DNA of 64,000 nt from Microthyrium microscopicum. Its lineage: Eukaryota. Where the stretch lies: positions 1,398,627 through 1,462,626 of the forward strand of contig MU004230.1 of NCBI GenBank assembly GCA_010405405.1, written 5' to 3'. Shown one piece after another: positions 62,408 to 64,000 of the stretch. The notes under the pieces were generated by a model. The model was given only the letters and a program-made list of their open reading frames with translations, was not told where the DNA came from and searched no databases. Position 1 is the first letter of the stretch. Each line of letters starts with the position of its first letter. Both the position numbers and the translations under genes were made by a program.

Positions 62408-64000
62408 CTCTACATGGGAAGATCTGCTAGCGAAATCCATTTCGAGCACCAGAAATATCTGTGTTCAACTCCATATCCTGCACATGCAAGCCAGTTCGCT
62501 CAGGCTAGACAAAACCATATCGAGCAACAGAAATTTCTGCTTTTAAATGCTCACCTTCAACAAAAAAGCCAATCCGATTCACATCCCACCAAGTGATTCG
62601 GTTCGACTGGAAGACCCCAACTTCACCTCTTTGTAAGGCCTGGTATGCTATGCTTGCCGGAGTTTTTGCCAAGTCTTTCGGTTCTTTGTTCAATCGAAGG
62701 ATGTCCTATTTGCAGACGGAGTTTTTGCGATATCTGGGGTCTCTTTATCTCTTCATCAAGCTAAGGCGTTTACGAGTTTTTGCTATTGGATGTCTTCCAC
62801 CTAGGCTCTTTCGGAGTTTCTTAACCCTTGGGTTGTATCATTGCTCCCTTTTGTTCAATTTATCCTGGATTTTTTTTGGGAGCTGTATCTTCTCCCGGAC
62901 TCTTTCACTTATCATTGGAGAGGTCGAAAAAACCTACATCACTATTACCCAAACTACTATCCAAGCAATTTTACTGCTGTACGTACGAGAGGGACAGGCA
63001 GAAGGATCGTTCAGGTTCAGGCTTTTATTCAGGAATGCCTCCGTTTTTTTCGGTGCATAGCTGGCGTGGGGGAATAGAATTTAGCATTAATTGCAAAGTT
63101 CCCTTGAAAACATAATAACTGTATTTTGTCTTTCATTCGTGCTGTTATGGCGGATTGTCACTGCGATCTCCATCATCTGTTGACCAACATGAAGTCTGTG
63201 TAGACTTTGTACATCGAGTACGGCCATATCCATATGATTGAAAGTACGACATTACTATCGAATACTCCCGAATTGCATAAGATAGCCAACGGCATGGCAA
63301 AATTAATGACCTTCTCCCATCAACTCTGATGCCTACCACCAACGCTCTTAAGCAAAAGGTGCTCCCATTAGGCCAACGAGGTTGATGGGAGCGCGCCAGT
63401 TATTTTGCCGACCTGTTGATAGCTCCAACCACACACTCGGCTGGGTACTTGAATCGGGTTAAACCTTTCAAATGTTCAAATGTTGCCCGTGGTCTTCGGG
63501 ATTTCGGTGTGGATAATCGGCAACACTCTGTTTTCAGCTTTGCAATGCGCTGAGGCCGGTGGTATCAAACTTTAGGACCTAAAATTGGCTTTGTTTCAAG
63601 GCAGCCAGACTTGTAGCCTGTAACATTCTGAAAATTTCCATGTTTGCCAATTCACCGGTCACCGAGGATCAGAGATTTTTCGCTCGCACTAATTCGATGT
63701 TGCGGATTATTATTTTGGGCTTACATGTAGCTTCAGCCTGATGAGATAAAAAGACACCGGCCACGTACTGATGCAGCTTAGAAGGGAATGCTAGAAGGGG
63801 CGAGATAAGCGTATCATGAGCACTGCATTTGGACAAGTACATTTCATGTGTTTCTTGTCGCTTTCTTGGATTGTGTGGTGCAACATGTGGAGGCAAACCA
63901 CGCGTGGTAGGCGGAGGCGAGGCTGAGGTGCACCAAGGCGAATGATGGAAGTGGCTTCTTTGGTTGATCCCCTGGTCTTGCGGACCAAGGGATTACCAGG

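Noticed and set aside
63314..63392. 11-bp inverted repeat CTCCCATCAAC/GTTGATGGGAG, loosely similar to the intronic palindrome arms
   Set aside because: It lacks the 19-bp period and 4-nt loop and may be chance.
62505..64000. Short ORFs at the right end of the window
   Set aside because: No coherent gene model or recognisable motif.

Overview
Eukaryotic, intron-containing DNA from a filamentous ascomycete (Pezizomycotina). Evidence: ~45-60 nt GT-AG introns with CTRAC branch points, and RIP-type mutation. Bases 1-10,300 are an accessory, decayed zone. It holds a 3.3-kb RIP-destroyed PIF/Harbinger-type DNA transposon (perfect 34-bp TIRs, AGT target duplication), a related 393-bp MITE (ACT duplication), probable gene relics, and an intact HET-domain gene. 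Bases 10,800-50,500 are ordinary gene-dense core genome: a two-Myb telobox-type protein, a Zn2Cys6 factor, VPS8, a GPALPP protein, AMS1, COQ6, two MFS transporters, MSS116/CYT-19, an endopolygalacturonase, eIF3d, RMD1, PIK1 and an acyl-CoA thioesterase. The most unusual part is 50,600-58,500, a head-to-head gene pair. One gene has a HeLo-like N-terminal helix and a degenerate kinase-like C-terminus, and its three abnormally long introns all carry the same 19-bp palindromic repeat. The other is a large mosaic protein that looks stitched from fragments of several conserved genes, with a GC-AG intron and an in-frame TGA followed by 103 more open codons. A Btz/CASC3-domain gene follows. Gene models and splice sites were read by eye; family assignments come from recalled motifs, not database searches.
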